This document shows positions 12,463-25,338 of a DNA stretch of 64,000 bases, in pieces. The notes under the pieces are model-generated. The model worked only from the letters and a program-made list of their open reading frames with translations. It did no database searches and was not told the DNA's origin. Each line of letters opens with the position of its first letter. The first letter of the stretch is position 1. This stretch comes from Malacoraja senta (lineage: Eukaryota): positions 4,466,001 through 4,530,000 of the forward strand of contig CM075994.1 in the NCBI GenBank assembly GCA_038087875.1. The letters are read 5' to 3'. Made by a program: the position numbers and the translations under genes.

Positions 12463-12630
12463 CATCATGGACACGCACTCAGCCATTTTCTGAGTCAGTC
12501 CGTCGTTGACTGATTTCTGGGCAGCCTTGGTCAGGCTGACTGACTCCTCTATTGAGCTGGTCGCTTTTCTCTCGCAACATCCTGGAGTTGACCACGGTGG
12601 TTTTGGCCTTGTTAATGGCTGCCTCACAAG
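12463..12630 (-). CDS. CCDC105: CCDC105/TEKTL1-like, exon 4 (contains a +1 frameshift)
   Basis: A TCTTCAG acceptor continues phase 1 (ACEAAINKAK). The 3' half (IEESVSLTKAAQKSVNDGLTQKMAECVSMM then gtaag) lies in another frame. The exon is 168 nt where 167 is required. Confidence 0.85.
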
Positions 12631-12825
12631 CTGAAGACAAGAAGGGAGTCAGTCGTTCCAGGGCGAGGTCGCCAGCAGTACAAACAAAACAGAGATACAC
12701 GAGGGTGGGAAGCGGGGGTTTTACAATGAGCGTCAACGTTCACCATGAACATGTGGATCCGTTTAGTTCAGTTTAGACATACACCGCGGAAACAGGTTCT
12801 TCGGCCCAGCGAGTCCGCGCCGACC

Positions 12826-13155
12826 AATGTTCCCAATGTTGGGCGAGTCCAGAACCAGGGCCGCAGTCTTAGAATAAAGGGGAGGCCATTTAAGACTGAG
12901 GTGAGAAAAAACTTTTTCACCCAGAGAGTTGTGAATTTATGGAATTCCCTGCCACAGAGGGCAGTGGAGGCCAAATCACTGGATGGATTTAAGAGAGACT
13001 TAGATAGAGCTCTCGGGGCTAGTGGAGTGAGGGGATATGGGGAGAAGGCAGGCACGGGTTATTGATAGGGGACGATCAGCCATGATCACAATGAATGGCG
13101 GTGCTGGCTTGAAGGGCCGAATGGCCTCCTCCTGCACCTATTTTCTATGTTTCTA
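12826..13155 (+). mobile_element. CR1 LINE 3' fragment inserted in a V-SINE
   Basis: Encodes FFTQRVVNLWNSLP and has a CR1 tail, flanked by antisense V-SINE tail sequence on both sides. Confidence 0.8.
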
Positions 13156-13942
13156 TATCCTGTACACACTACGGACCATTTACAATTACACCTAGCCAAT
13201 GAACCTGAAGGTTTGAAGAAGGGTTTCGGCCCGAAACGTCACCTATTTCCTTCGCTCCATAGATGCTGCCTCACCTGCTGAGTTTCTCCAGCATTTTTGT
13301 CTACCTTCGATTTTCCAGCACCTGCAGTTCCTTCTTAAACGCTGAACCTACAACAAACCTGTAGGTTTTTGGAGTGTGGGAGGAAACCGGAGATCCCGGA
13401 GAAAACCCACGCAGGTCACGGGGAGAACGTACATACTCCGTACAGACAGCACCGATAGTCAGGATCGTAGTCAGTCCTTGGCACTGTGTGGCAGCTACTC
13501 TACCACTGTGGCACCGTGCCGCCCGGTTGGAAACAAGGAGCCGCAGGTTGTGGTTTACACAAAAATATACAAAGTGCTGGAGTAACTCGGCAAGTGGTGG
13601 AGTAGGGCCTCCCAGCATCAGAGACCCAGGTTTGATCCTGACCTCGGGTGCTCTCTTTGTGTGGACTTTGCACGTTCCCCCTATGACCGCGTGGGTTATT
13701 CCAGGTGCTCCGGTTTCCTCCCACATCCCAAACAGGTGGCGGGTTTGTTGGCCCCTCTATAAATTGGCCCTAATACGTAGGGAGCGGAGGAGAGTGGGAT
13801 ATCATGGAACTAGTGTGCAAAGGTGATCAATGGGCAGCGCGGACATGATGGGACGAAGGAGGTCAGGCAGCATCTCTGGAGGACATGGAGAGGTGATGTT
13901 TTAGGTCAGGAGCCAGGACCCTTCTACTTCAGGTCTTGACAC

Positions 13943-14224
13943 TTTAGAGATACAGCACAGAAACAGGCCCGTCGGCCCATCGAGTCTGTGCCGACCAGCG
14001 ATCCCAGCACACTAACGCTATCCTAGGAACAATTGTACTGCAGCCAATTAACCTACAAACCTGTACGTCTTTTGTAGTGTGGGAGGAAACTGGAGACCCC
14101 GGAGAGAACCCACGCAGGTCACGGAGAGAACGTGCAAACACTGTGCAGACAGCATCCGTAGTCAGGAACGAACTAGGGTTTCTGGCGCCGTGAGGCAGCA
14201 ACTCTGCCGCTGCGCCACCGTGCC
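13943..14224 (-). mobile_element. V-SINE (HE1-like)
   Basis: Reverse complement of the SINE consensus seen elsewhere in the window. Confidence 0.85.
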
Positions 14225-14497
14225 GACATTCGACCCTGGGATGGAGGCCTCTCTGCGGAAAAACGTCTGATCTTACGATCAGCGTCTCACAAATTGCCTG
14301 ACCCACGACCCCTCCAAGGACTGATGACCCTTGACACTTGGCTCTAGCCAACCGCCAGCCCACTATTCGGCTGTCACCCTAGTCTGACCCCTGACCTATG
14401 ATTCAAGCCGCCCTGTTGATTGACCCCCGACCTTTCGAATCAGCTGACCCACGGGCCGACTCCTGACCTCGCGCCCGCGCTCTCTCTCTGGCCTTAC

Positions 14498-14699
14498 CGT
14501 AGCTGTAGGGGCCGGCAGCTGTGAGGACCGGCATCACGTTGACGTCCCGGACCTCGGCCAGCTCCCTGGTTATCCGCGGGGTCAGGCAGTCCTTGCGGGC
14601 CTCACGGGTGGTCTGGCTCATGAGCTGGGGCACCAGGTCCAGCACCAGCATCCGCTCGCTGTAGCACTCCTGGAGCCTCTTCCGCGCAGCGTCCATGTC
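14498..14699 (-). CDS. CCDC105: CCDC105/TEKTL1-like, exon 3 (DMDAARKRLQECYSERMLVLDLVPQ...AGPYSY)
   Basis: 202 nt, GGCAG acceptor and GTAAGG donor, phase 0/1. Resembles human CFKERLQAVDLM...VGTYNP. Confidence 0.87.
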
Positions 14700-14709
14700 C
14701 TGCCAACAT

Positions 14710-15130
14710 AGAGAGAGTGTGGATAGTGAGGTCGGAGAGAGAGGGTGGAGAGAGAGGACGGAGAAAGGGGGCGGATAGAGAGAGGGGGGGATAGAGAGAG
14801 GGCGGAGGGGAGAGAGAGGGCGGAGGGGAGAGAGGGCGATGTGCAGAGAGGGCAGTGGAGACAGAGGGCATGAGGGGAGAAAGGGCAGAGGGAAGAGATG
14901 GGGCAGAGGAGAGAGAGGGCTGAGGGGAGAGAGGGCTGAGGGGGAGAGAGGGCGGAGGGGCGAGAGGGCGATGCGGAGAGAGGGCAGTGGAGACAGAGGG
15001 CATGAGGGGAGAGAGGGCAGAGGGGGAGAGAGGGCGGAGGGGAGAGAGGGCAGAGGGGGAGTGAGGGCGGGGGGGGAGAGAGGGCGGAGGGAAGAGGGGG
15101 AGAGAGGGCGGAGGGGAGAGAGGGCGGAGG
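14710..15130. repeat. GA-rich low-complexity tract (GAGAGAGGGCGGAGGG units)
   Basis: Direct inspection. Confidence 0.9.
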
Positions 15131-15325
15131 TCTCTCCTTGCAACTAATACCCTCCAATCCAGGCAGCGTTGTGGTAAACCTCCTCTGCACCCTCTCCAAA
15201 GCCTCCACATCCTTCCTGTAATGGGGCAACCAGAACTGCATGCAATGCTCCAAACGTAGCGGGATGGAATGGAATACTATAATGCCACATGTGACCAGGC
15301 ACAGTGAAACTCTTTGCTTTGTATA

Positions 15326-15800
15326 GGGGGGGTTGCTCGTAAGGTCACCGGGTCAAAGGGCTTGACGCACGGAGCCGCTCAATCCATCTGGAGGACATCG
15401 CAGCTTCCGGTATATGTTATTAATGCAAGAAACGCGTACCTTCCTACCTGTTAAAAACCACCAAAATGGTGAATTTTTGCGCTGTAAAAAATTGTGGAAG
15501 TCGGGGTAAGCGTGAGAGACATGTACCCAACTTCAGAATTCCAAAAGTGAAGCGAAAGGAAGGTAAAGAGAAGCGAGAGCTGAAGGGACAACAACAGCTA
15601 AAGTGGTTGGCGAACATTGGCGAAATATTGGGTATTATCGCGTTTGCTCACGGCATATCATCAACAGTAAAAGGCATTATGTGTGTTTTTTCTTTATTCA
15701 TTTGGTATCTAAAATTTTTCAGAAGTGATAAATCTGGCTGTAAAATTTTAAAATCGCCCATGGTTCTGAAGTGGGATTTTACATGCAAAAAAACCCGCCT
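15326..15800 (+). mobile_element. THAP-bearing DNA transposon left-end fragment (same family as 2179-3232)
   Basis: Close similarity to 2179-2630. Encodes MVNFCAVKNCGSRGKRERHVPNFRIPKV...KWLANI, a THAP-type N-terminus. Confidence 0.75.
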
Positions 15801-15861
15801 CTGAAGCTAAATCCCCCCCCCCCCCCCCCCCCACACACCCCCACCCCTCTCCCCTGTCTAC

Positions 15862-15966
15862 CTGGAGCATATACTTTAACTTGTGCAGGGGTTCCTCCAT
15901 GGTGGGCTTGATATCCTGTAAACGTTTGTTCTCCAGATCGATCAACAGGTCCGCTCCGTCGGGCAA
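15862..15966 (-). CDS. CCDC105: CCDC105/TEKTL1-like, exon 2 (LPDGADLLIDLENKRLQDIKPTMEEPLHKLKYMLQ)
   Basis: 105 nt, TTTGCAG acceptor and GTAGAC donor, phase 0/0. Resembles human VPDKADSMLTWEKEEL. Confidence 0.87.
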
Positions 15967-16789
15967 CTGCAAAGCAGATCGCAGCGTAAGCTCAGCATCG
16001 AGTGGGGAAGGTGGGACTGAAGCCCAGAGACACCAGGGGCGGGAAACAGGGGCAGGAGGAGTGGGGGGGGGGACACTTCACTAGGCACAGTGCAAATGTC
16101 CACATTGCCCCAGAGCAAGGCCAATCACCTCCCCCCTACCCCTACTGACTGCTCCCACCCACCCTTTGACCATCGCACTGCCTCGGCAAGACCAGCAGCA
16201 ATAATCAAGCACCAAGTCTCCCTCTTCTCCCTCGACTAGCGGGCAAGAGGTACAGAAGTGTGAAAGCGCACACCTCCAGATTCAGGGACAGTTTCTTCCC
16301 AGCTGTTATCTGGCAACTGAACCATCCTATCTCCAGCTAGAGGGTGGTCCTGACATAGAAACATAGAAAATAGGTGCAGGAGGAGGCCATTCGGCCCTTC
16401 GAGCCAGCACCGCCATTCATTGTGATCATGGCTGGTCGTCCCCTATCAATAACCCGTGCCTGCCTTCTCCCCATATCCCTTGACTCCACTAGCCCCTAGA
16501 GCTCTATCTAACTCTCTCTTAAATCCATCCAGTGATTTGGCCTCCACTGCCCTCTGTGGCAGGAAATTCCTCAAATTCACAACTCTCTGTGTGAAAATGT
16601 TTGTTCTCACCTCAGTCTCTCACCTCAGACCTCTCATCAACATTATTGGAGACCCTGGGACTATCGTAAATCTGACTTGCACGAAACATTATTGCTACAG
16701 GCTTGATTGTAATCATGTGTAGTCTTTCTGCTGACTGGATAGAACGCAACAAAAAAGCTTTTCACTGTACCTCCCCTGGTCGGGTGCTT

Positions 16790-17600
16790 CCTCTCTCCCC
16801 TCCCTCCCTCATTCCCATCCCTTCCTCCCACATTCCCCTCTCCCCCCTTTCTCCTCCTTCCCTTTCTCCATCTCCTCCCTCCCCTCCCTCCCCTTTCATC
16901 CCATCCACCCCTCCCTCCTCTCCCCTTATCTCCTCACATCGTCCCATCCCTCCCTTTCTTTCCATCTGCTCCCCACCTTTCTCCCCTCCTCCCTCCCCCC
17001 TCTCTTACTCCCCTCCCCTCACCCTTCCTCCCTCCCACCCTCTCACTCCCAGTCTCCATCTCTCACTCCCCCCTCCCACCCTCCTTCTCCATCCTCCCAT
17101 CCCAACATCTCATCCCTCATGCTCCCATCCGTCTCTATCACCCCATCCCTCATCATCTCCTCCCTCCCTCTCTCCCACCCCCCTCCCCTCATCCTCCCAT
17201 CCCTCCCTTCCCCTCATCCGCCCATCCCTCATTCTCTCTCCCCTCCCTCATCCTACCATCCAATCCCTCTCCCTCCCCCCTCATCCTCCCATCCCTCCCT
17301 TTCTTCCCGCCTCCTTCCCTTTCTCCCCTCCTCCCTCCTCCATCCTTCCCATCACTCTTCCATCCTCTCCCTTTGTCCTCCCTCCCTCTCTCCCCTCCTC
17401 CCTCCCCTCATCCTCCCATCCCTCCCCCTCCCTTCTCCCCTCCTATCTTCTCTCAACTCCACCATCACTCCCCTCCACTCTCTCCCATCCTCCATCTCAC
17501 TCCCCTCTCTCCCATCCTCCTTCTCCATCCTCTCTTCCCTCCCTTTCCCCTCACCTCTCATTCTCCCATTCCTCTCCCTCCCCTCCCTCACCCTCCTCCC
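16790..17600. repeat. CT-rich polypyrimidine low-complexity tract
   Basis: Direct inspection. Confidence 0.95.
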
Positions 17601-17775
17601 TTTCAGACTTTTGCCTTCCATCACAGTGAGGAGGTGCCTGGTGGACTCACTGTGGTGGATGTTAAATCTGTGTTTATTGTGTGTTTTTGTTGTTGTATTC
17701 TATGTTATGACTGCAAGGCACGAAATTTCGTTCAGACTGAAAAGTCTGAATGACAATAAAGGATACGATACTTTC

Positions 17776-18693
17776 CCTCACCTCATCTGCTGCCTCGAGG
17801 ATATAAAGTGTTGGATGGCCCAGAACTTCCTCCAACTAAACGAGAGTAAGTCTGAGGTCATCCTTCTCGGCCCCTCGGACTCAATCAAAATGATAGCAGG
17901 CAGCCTTGGAAGCCTTACCCCACTACTCAAACCTCACGTCAAAAACCTTGGCGTGATATTTGACTCAGCACTGAAATTTGACAAACAAGTCAATGCCGTG
18001 GTAAAAGCTAGCTTCTTTCAGCTTTGGACGATAGCTAAAATAAAACAATTCCTCCACTTTGATGACCTCGAAAAGATCATCCACACATTTATCTCCTCCC
18101 GCCTAGATTACTGCAACTCCCTTTACACTGGCATCAGCCAATCTTCCCTGTCCCGCCTGCAACTGGTCCAAAACGCCTCAGCGAGACTCCTGACGGGCAC
18201 CCGAACAAGGGACCACATCACCCCGATCCTGGCCTCTCTCCACTGGCTCCCTGTGCGGTTCCGTATACATTTCAAGATCCTCCTCTATGTCTACAAAGCC
18301 TTCAATGAGCTTGCCCCCACCTACATTAAAAGTCTTCTCACCCACCACTCCACCTCCAGGTCCCTCAGATCGGCCGACTTGGGGTTGCTGAATATCCCAC
18401 GGTCTAGGCATAAGCTCAGGGGCGACCGCGCCTTTGCGGTTGCAGCTCCTAGACTGTGGAACAGCATCCCCTTCCCATCAGAACTGCCCCCTCCATCGAC
18501 TCCTTTAAGTCAAGACTAAAAACGTATCTATACTCCCAAGCCTTTCTTGACGTCCTCTGAGCGAGGGCTATATGTATATATGTATGTAGTTTGTTTGTTT
18601 ATACTATTCTTATAACAAATGTAAAGCACTTTGGCCAACGAGAGTTGTTTTTTAAATGTGCTATATAAATAAATGTGACTTGACTTGACTTGA
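17776..18693 (+). mobile_element. L2 LINE 3' fragment
   Basis: Encodes CLEDIKCWMAQNFLQLNESKSE...SRLDYCNSL...LHWLPV...AFAVAAPRLWN and ends in a (GACTT)n tail. Confidence 0.92.
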
Positions 18694-18737
18694 CTCATCC
18701 TCCCATCCCTCCCCTCCCTTCTCCCTCCCTCACTCAC

Positions 18738-19382
18738 CCGCTCGCCCAGGGGCCGGGCCTTCCTCATCTGCCCACTCATGCGGTTGATGAGCAGGGCTTT
18801 GCGGACGCTGGCGAGCGCAAGTCGCAACTTGTCGCGGGTCTCCTGCAGGCGGAAGATCTCGGCGTTGAGGCGGTTGAGGGTCTCACATATGTGGCCAATG
18901 ACGGAACGGGTCTGCAGCATGTAGCTGCCCATCTGCTGGTTGCTGTGCTGGACACACATGTCCCGCAGGAAGGGCAGCAGCTCCATCTCCACCCTGAAAC
19001 CCCAGCCTCCCCGCTGGCCCTCGGGCACCTTGTACAACACGTCCCGGCTCTCCTCATGCCCGTCACCCACGATGCACACCTTCTGCCGGGCCTCGTCCAG
19101 CGCCGCCCGCTTCTCCCCCACCTTCCGCTGGCGGGCCCGGTAGATGGCCAGCGACTCCGGCTTCTCCGTCAGCTCCCCCGGCAGCCGCTTGCAAGCCTCC
19201 CTGCGGGCCAGCCGCCGAGCCTGGTCCTCGTACAGGGTGGCCGAGCGGAACGGGGTGTCGTTGTAGCGCTGCGAGGTGATCTCGGTGGCTGCCTCGGCCA
19301 GCCCCACCGCCTTGATGGCCTGGTCCCTCCACGCCTTGGGCCCGATGGAGGCCGCCGGCACCTTCACCCCTTTCCATTCCAT
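18738..19382 (-). CDS. CCDC105: CCDC105/TEKTL1-like, exon 1 (MEWKGVKVPAASIGPKAWRDQA...RPLGER)
   Basis: GCCATGG Kozak context at 19382, 645 nt, GTGAGT donor, phase 0. IGPKAWR matches human VGAPAWR, and LASVRKALLINRMS matches LSEVRKGLLINQQS. Confidence 0.9.
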
Positions 19383-20489
19383 GGCTCGTCCTCCCCTGCT
19401 GCTCGGCCAAGGAGAGGCTAGAAGGGAGGACATACATAGGGGGTGGAATTAGGACATTCGGCCCATCGAGTTGGGTGCGGTTGGGCGAGGATAGAAACAT
19501 AGAGACGTAGAAACATGGAAAATAGGTGCAGGAGTAGGCCATTCGGCCCTTCGAGCCCGCACCGCCATTCAATATGATCATGGCTGATCATCCACCTCAG
19601 TATCCTGTACCTGCCTTCTCTCCATACCCCCGATCCCTTTAGCCACAAGGGCCACATCTAACTCCCTCTTAAATATAGCCAATGAACTGGCCTCAATTAC
19701 CTCCAGTTTAAATTCCATTTGGAATATTTTGGAGGACCAAGAAACCAAGAACCTTCTGTGGCAGAGAATTCCACAGATTCAACACTCTCTGTGTGAAATT
19801 TTGTTTTCTCATCTCGGTCCTAAAAAAGATTTCCCCCTTATCCTTAAACTGTGACCCCTTGTTCTGGACTTCCCCAACATCGGGAACTATCGGGAACAAC
19901 ATCGGGATGGAAGGGCCAAAGGGTGACCTTCACCTAGATCCTTTCCACGTCAACACAACCCTGCCATCTCCTTCCAATCCACCATAATGTTCCAGTCCAC
20001 CTCCATCCCCAACCCGCCATCTCCCCAACCCATCATCAGTCTCCAGCCCAACGTCTCCGACCATTTCCCTCCAACCCACCCTCTCCCTCCATCTATCTCC
20101 AACCCAGCATCTCCATCCAACCCATTAACCTCTCTCCAAACCACCATCTCCCTCCAACCCACAATCTCTCTCCAACCCTCACTGCCCTTCATTCAGGGGT
20201 ATCATAGGGGAGAGGGAGAGGAACCATACTCCCTGGATGTTGCCCCATCTACGGACCCTCATCATCTTCCCACTATCCTGCCCTCCTCACCACCAACTCT
20301 CCCTCCAACATACATCACCTTCTCATCCCCATCGCCCATCCAATCCCATCCCGAACTCTACCTCCTCCCATCTCTCTCCCATCCAAATGATCCTCCCAAC
20401 CCCATCCATCTCTCTCCCCATCTATCCTCCTCCCATTCCCATCTCCCTTCCATCGCCATCTTCTGACCCCATAACCTTCCCACCATAAC

Positions 20490-21100
20490 AAGAGGATTTC
20501 AGTATAGGAGGTTCTTCTGCAGTTGTATAGGGCTCTGGTGAGACCACATCTGGAGTATTGTGTACAGTTTTGGTCTCCTAATTTGAGGAAGGACATCCTT
20601 GTGATTGAGGCAGTGCAGCATAGGTTCACGAGATTGATCCCTGGGATGGCGGGACTGTCATATGAGGAACGATTGAAAAGACTAGGCTTGTATTCACTGG
20701 AGTTTAGAAGGATGAGGGGTGATCTTATAGAAACATATAAAATTATAAAAGGACTGGACAAGCTAGATGCAGGAAAAATGTTCCCAATGCTGGGCGAGTC
20801 CAGAACCAGGGGCCACAGTCTTAGAATAAAGGGGAGGTCATTAAAGACTGAGGTGAGAAAAAACGTTTTCACCCAGAGAGATGTGAATTTATGGAATTCC
20901 CTGCCACAGAGGGCAGTGGAGGCCAAGTCACTGGATGGAATTAAGAGAGAGTTAGATAGAGCTCTAGGGGCTAGTGGAGTCAAGGGATATGGGGAGAAGG
21001 CAGGCACGGGTTATTGATTGGAGACGATCAGCCATGATCACAATGAATGGCGGTGCTGGCTCGAAGGGCCGAATGGCCTCCTCCTGCACCTATATTCTAT
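20490..21100 (+). mobile_element. CR1 LINE 3' fragment
   Basis: ORF 20523-21017 is an uninterrupted CR1 RT C-terminus. Confidence 0.92.
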
Positions 21101-22299
21101 GTAACCCCCTCCTCACGACCAACCCACCCTTGCAACGTCCATCACCCATTCCCATCTCCCAACCCCAGACCTTCCTCTTCAGCCATCACGTTCACTCCTT
21201 CCTCACCAACAACCCATTGCCTTCCAATCCCCGCCTTTCCTCCAGCATGCCTTCCCATGCTGCCCCCCCAATACCTCACCAGAAGCCCACCATGACTCCC
21301 TCATATCCTTGTCACCCAGCGCAGGACCTTCCTACTGCCAACCCCTCATCACACTCCAGTACCCAATCCCCAGAATCTTCCCGCCATCAACCCATCATCC
21401 GTCCCTTAAGGCCTTCCCACGACTCTCCCTCCAGCCCCCATTATCATTCCACCATCATCCCTCCTGACCACCAACCCATTATTCATCCCTCATGGTAGAC
21501 AAAAATGCTGGAGAAACTCAGCAAGTTCGTCCCTCAAGGCCTTGCCGCCGCCATCCCTCGAACCCCTACAATCTTTCCGCCATCACCCCTCCTGACCACT
21601 GACTCGCCATCAAATCAACATCACCCCCATCATCCAACTCCCATAACCTTCCCGCCGTCATCTCTATCTTCCAACCTCCATCACCTAGTCCCCTGAACCA
21701 TCCAATCTCTCCCCTGTTAGTAGAGTCCTCCAATCCAGGCCACATCTCGGCGAGTTTCCTCTGCACTCTCTCCAAAGCAACCACATCCTTCTTGATGCAT
21801 AACCTCCTTCCACCTTCCATTAAGGCCCTCGATCCTTCTATCCTCTCTATGGTCTTCTGAAATCGATGCTTTACTCTCTCCATTCTAGCCATGTGCCCTC
21901 GTTCATGGTTCTCACCCCTACTTCGGTAATCTCACTCCCAGTCCACCGCTCCGATCCACTCTCCTGCCCAACACCAGACTCAAAGTCTCTCTGCTTAATT
22001 GGCCCAACGTCCAAATCTTGTGCTTGGATCGAGAATCAAGCAAGGAGGTGCATCACAATGGAGCAAAGGAGAGGCCGTCTCCATAGAAACAGCAGAATAA
22101 GAAAAAGGGGGTCACGAGTTGGGTCGGATCAAGTAGAGTGCAGAAAGCTTTAAATTGTCACTTTATCTTCTTCAGGCAGTCCACCAGGGTTGAGAATGTG
22201 TAGTAAGGAGCTGCAGATGCTGTTTTACACCGAAGATAGACACAAAATGCTGGAGTAACTCAGCGGGTTAGGCAGCATCTCACGAGAAATGGAATAGGT

Positions 22300-22327
22300 G
22301 ACGTTTCGGGTCGATGCCCTTCTTCAG
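22300..22327 (-). ncRNA. Minimal type I hammerhead ribozyme core in a Penelope-derived repeat
   Basis: Minus strand reads CTGAAGA-A-GGGCATCGACCC-GAAACGTC. Confidence 0.6.
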
Positions 22328-22837
22328 ACTGAGAGTTAGGGGAGAGGGAAACTAGAGGTATGGAAAGGTGCAAAAACAAATCAGAGCCAGCGCCAATGAC
22401 CCAGGAGCCCATAATGGTGCATTGCTGGAAGTGGAGGAGGTGATAACAAAGAGATATGAACAGTGAAACTAATAGTATGGAGGAGGGATGAAGAGAGAGA
22501 ATTGAATGCAAGGATTACTTGGACTTAGAGAAATCAATATTCATACCTCTAGCTAAATAAATTCTTCCCCATCTTCATTCTAAATAGGGAAGCTTTGGAG
22601 GGATACAGGTCAAATGCATGCAAATGACACTAGCTCAATTGTAGGAACTTAGTCGGAATGGACAAGTTGGGCCGAAGGACTTGTTTCTTTTGTGTATGAC
22701 TGTCCACCCTGGTTTTTTCTGTTCAGGTGGAGATAGGAAATTCCTTGATCAGAGCGCAGATTCATGGAGGGAAGATAGTCACAAAAAGCTGAAATGACTC
22801 AGAGGGTCAGGCCATATCTCAGGAGAAAAACAAAGGT

Positions 22838-22865
22838 GACGTTTCGGGTTGAGACCCTTCTTCAG
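22838..22865 (-). ncRNA. Minimal type I hammerhead ribozyme core in a Penelope-derived repeat
   Basis: Minus strand reads CTGAAGA-A-GGGT-CTCA-ACCC-GAAACGTC. Confidence 0.62.
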
Positions 22866-23751
22866 ACTGAGAGTCGGGGAGAGGGAAACCAGAGATATAG
22901 AAGGTAAATGAATGAAAGAAATGCACAAAGCAACAATGGTCAAGGAAAGGTGGAGCCCACAATGGTCCATTGTTGGCTGTGGGGAAGGGGATAGCCAGTG
23001 ATACAAACAACAAAACTCAACAGGACAGTGCAACTAGGACAACGATTAGGGTGGGGGAGGAACGGAGAGAGAGGGGATGCAAGGTTTACTTGAATTTTAC
23101 CTTCTATATCTCTCGTTTCTTTCTCCCCCGACTCTCAGTCTGAAGAAGGGTCTCAACCCGAAATGTCACCTATATTTCTCCAGAGATATGGCCTGACCCT
23201 CTGAGTTACTTGAATTCAGAAAAATCAATATTCATATCGCCTGGGTGAAAGCTGCCCAAGCGAAATATGAGGTGCTGTTCCTCCAATTTAGATTTGGCTT
23301 CGCTGACAGTGGAGGAGGCCCAGGACATAGTTGGTATGGGAAGGGGAGTTAAAGTGTTTGGCGGTAAAATTGCGAGAAGGCAGAGTCAGAGGGACCAGTG
23401 GCACAATTACTGGTGTAATACAGTATTGTGGGAGCAGAGGGAGCACTTTGTCTGTCAATGCGGCCTATGTTAAAACATGTGAAGGGTGCCGACACAAAAC
23501 GTCACCTAGCTACGTTCTCTATCTATGCTGCCTCACCCATTGAGTTACTCCAGCACCTTTTCTTTTTGTAAACCAGCATCTGCAGTTCCTTTGTTTCTCC
23601 ATGTTAAAACCACTTGTGTAGCTCACAACCCAATGATCTTTAGCCTTTAGAGACACAGCTATTTGACGTGCCGATCAGCGATCACCCATACGCTTGCACT
23701 ATCCTACACTATCCTGGGAGACGTTTTGGAACAGGACCGTTCTTCAGACTG

Positions 23752-24008
23752 AAGTCACACATTTATTTATATAGCACATTTAAAAAACAACTCTCGTTGG
23801 CCAAACTGCTTTACATTTGTTATCAGAATAGTATAAGCAAACAAACTACATACATATAAACATATAGCCCTCGCTCAGAGGACGTCAAGAAAGGCTTGGG
23901 AGTATAGATAAGTTTTTAGTCTTGACTTAAAGGAGTCGATGGAGGGTGCAGTTCTGATGGGAAGGGGGATGCTGTTCCACAGTCTAGGGGCTGCAACCGC
24001 AAAGGCGC
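23752..24008 (-). mobile_element. L2 LINE extreme 3' end (a second copy lies at about 24772-25000)
   Basis: Reverse complement of the 3' end of the 17776-18693 element. Confidence 0.85.
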
Positions 24009-25338
24009 GGCTGCAACCGCAAAGACTGAAGGAGACTGAAGTATAAGAATCTGAAGAAGGTTCCCTTTTCTCCAGAGATGCTGCCTGACCTGCTGAGTTA
24101 CTCCAGCACTTTGTGTCTATTATCGGTATAAACCAGCATCTGCAGTTCCTTTCCACACAATTAACCCACAAACCTGTACATCGTTGGAGTGTGTGAGGAA
24201 ACCGGAGCACCCGGGTAAAACCATGGGGAGAACATAGAAAACTCCGTGCAGTCAGCACCCGAAGTCAGGATGGAACCCGGGTGTCTGGCGCTGTTAGGCA
24301 GCAACTCTACTGCTGCGCCACCGTGCTGCCCACTGAACACCGAATTCTCTAATTTGAGGTAAAATGAAGTGGGTACCCCCAAAGGACACGTTGGGAGGTG
24401 ATATTTTTGCTACATTGTGTCTGTAATTACCTCACTTTATCTCTCTGCTTCATTTCCGCTTCTTGCACATCGCTCTCTGAACCGGCTTGTTTCTCACCGA
24501 AATAAATGCTAAAGCTCTTGCAGCATTTCACACTTCCTGTGACATTTTTCTTCTCAAACTTCCCCTTTGTTGAGGGAGATGATTTCAGAGTTGTGGCTTT
24601 GCTCTCTGCTCCCTCCGATGACCAGGCACCAGCAGTTTTGTTTCAACATGGCACACAGAACTGTCCAGCACAGGAATGGGCCCTTCGGCCCCACAATGTT
24701 TGTGCCGAACATGATGCCAAGTTAAACTGATCTCATCTGCCTGTATACGATCCATCATTAGTTTAGTTTATTCAAGTTAAGTCACATTTATTTATATAGC
24801 ACATTTAAAAAACAACTCTCGTTGGCTATGTGCTTTACATTTGTTATAAGAATAATATAAACAAACAAACTACATACATATATACATATAGCCCTCGCTC
24901 AGAGGACGTCAAGAAAGGCTTGGGAGTATAGATAAGTTTTTAGTCTTGACTTAAAGGAGTCGATGGAGGGGGCAGTTCTGATGGGAAGGGGGATACTGTT
25001 ATTATTGTCACATGTAGCAAGGTAAAGTGAACATCTTTGACTCTATGACTTTTTAGTTGTGGGGCTTTCAGTTAAAGTATTAGCCAGACAATGTCCGTGA
25101 CGAACATAGTGCCGTTATACTCATCTCTGCCTGCACTTGATTCATATCCTTCCACTCCCTGCAAATTCATGTGCCTGTCTGAAGGCCGATCAGATAGCAC
25201 TGTCGTATCTGTTGCCACCATCTCCTCCGCCAGTGCATTCCAGGCACCCGCTAATCTCTGTGGAAAAAATTGCACTTTAAACATTAAGGTCCTTTAAACA
25301 TTTCCCTCTGACTTAAACATGTCCTCCAGTCTTTAGTC

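Noticed and set aside
11533..12513. Long Ser/Leu/Pro or Arg/Glu ORFs (likewise 14602-15253, 16703-17629, 47102-47638, 48310-49470, 54778-56463)
   Set aside because: Translations of microsatellites, low-complexity tracts or the N gap.
18690..19421. 243-aa + strand ORF
   Set aside because: Antisense shadow of the CCDC105-like exon 1. The same applies to the minus-strand ORFs over PPP1R18.
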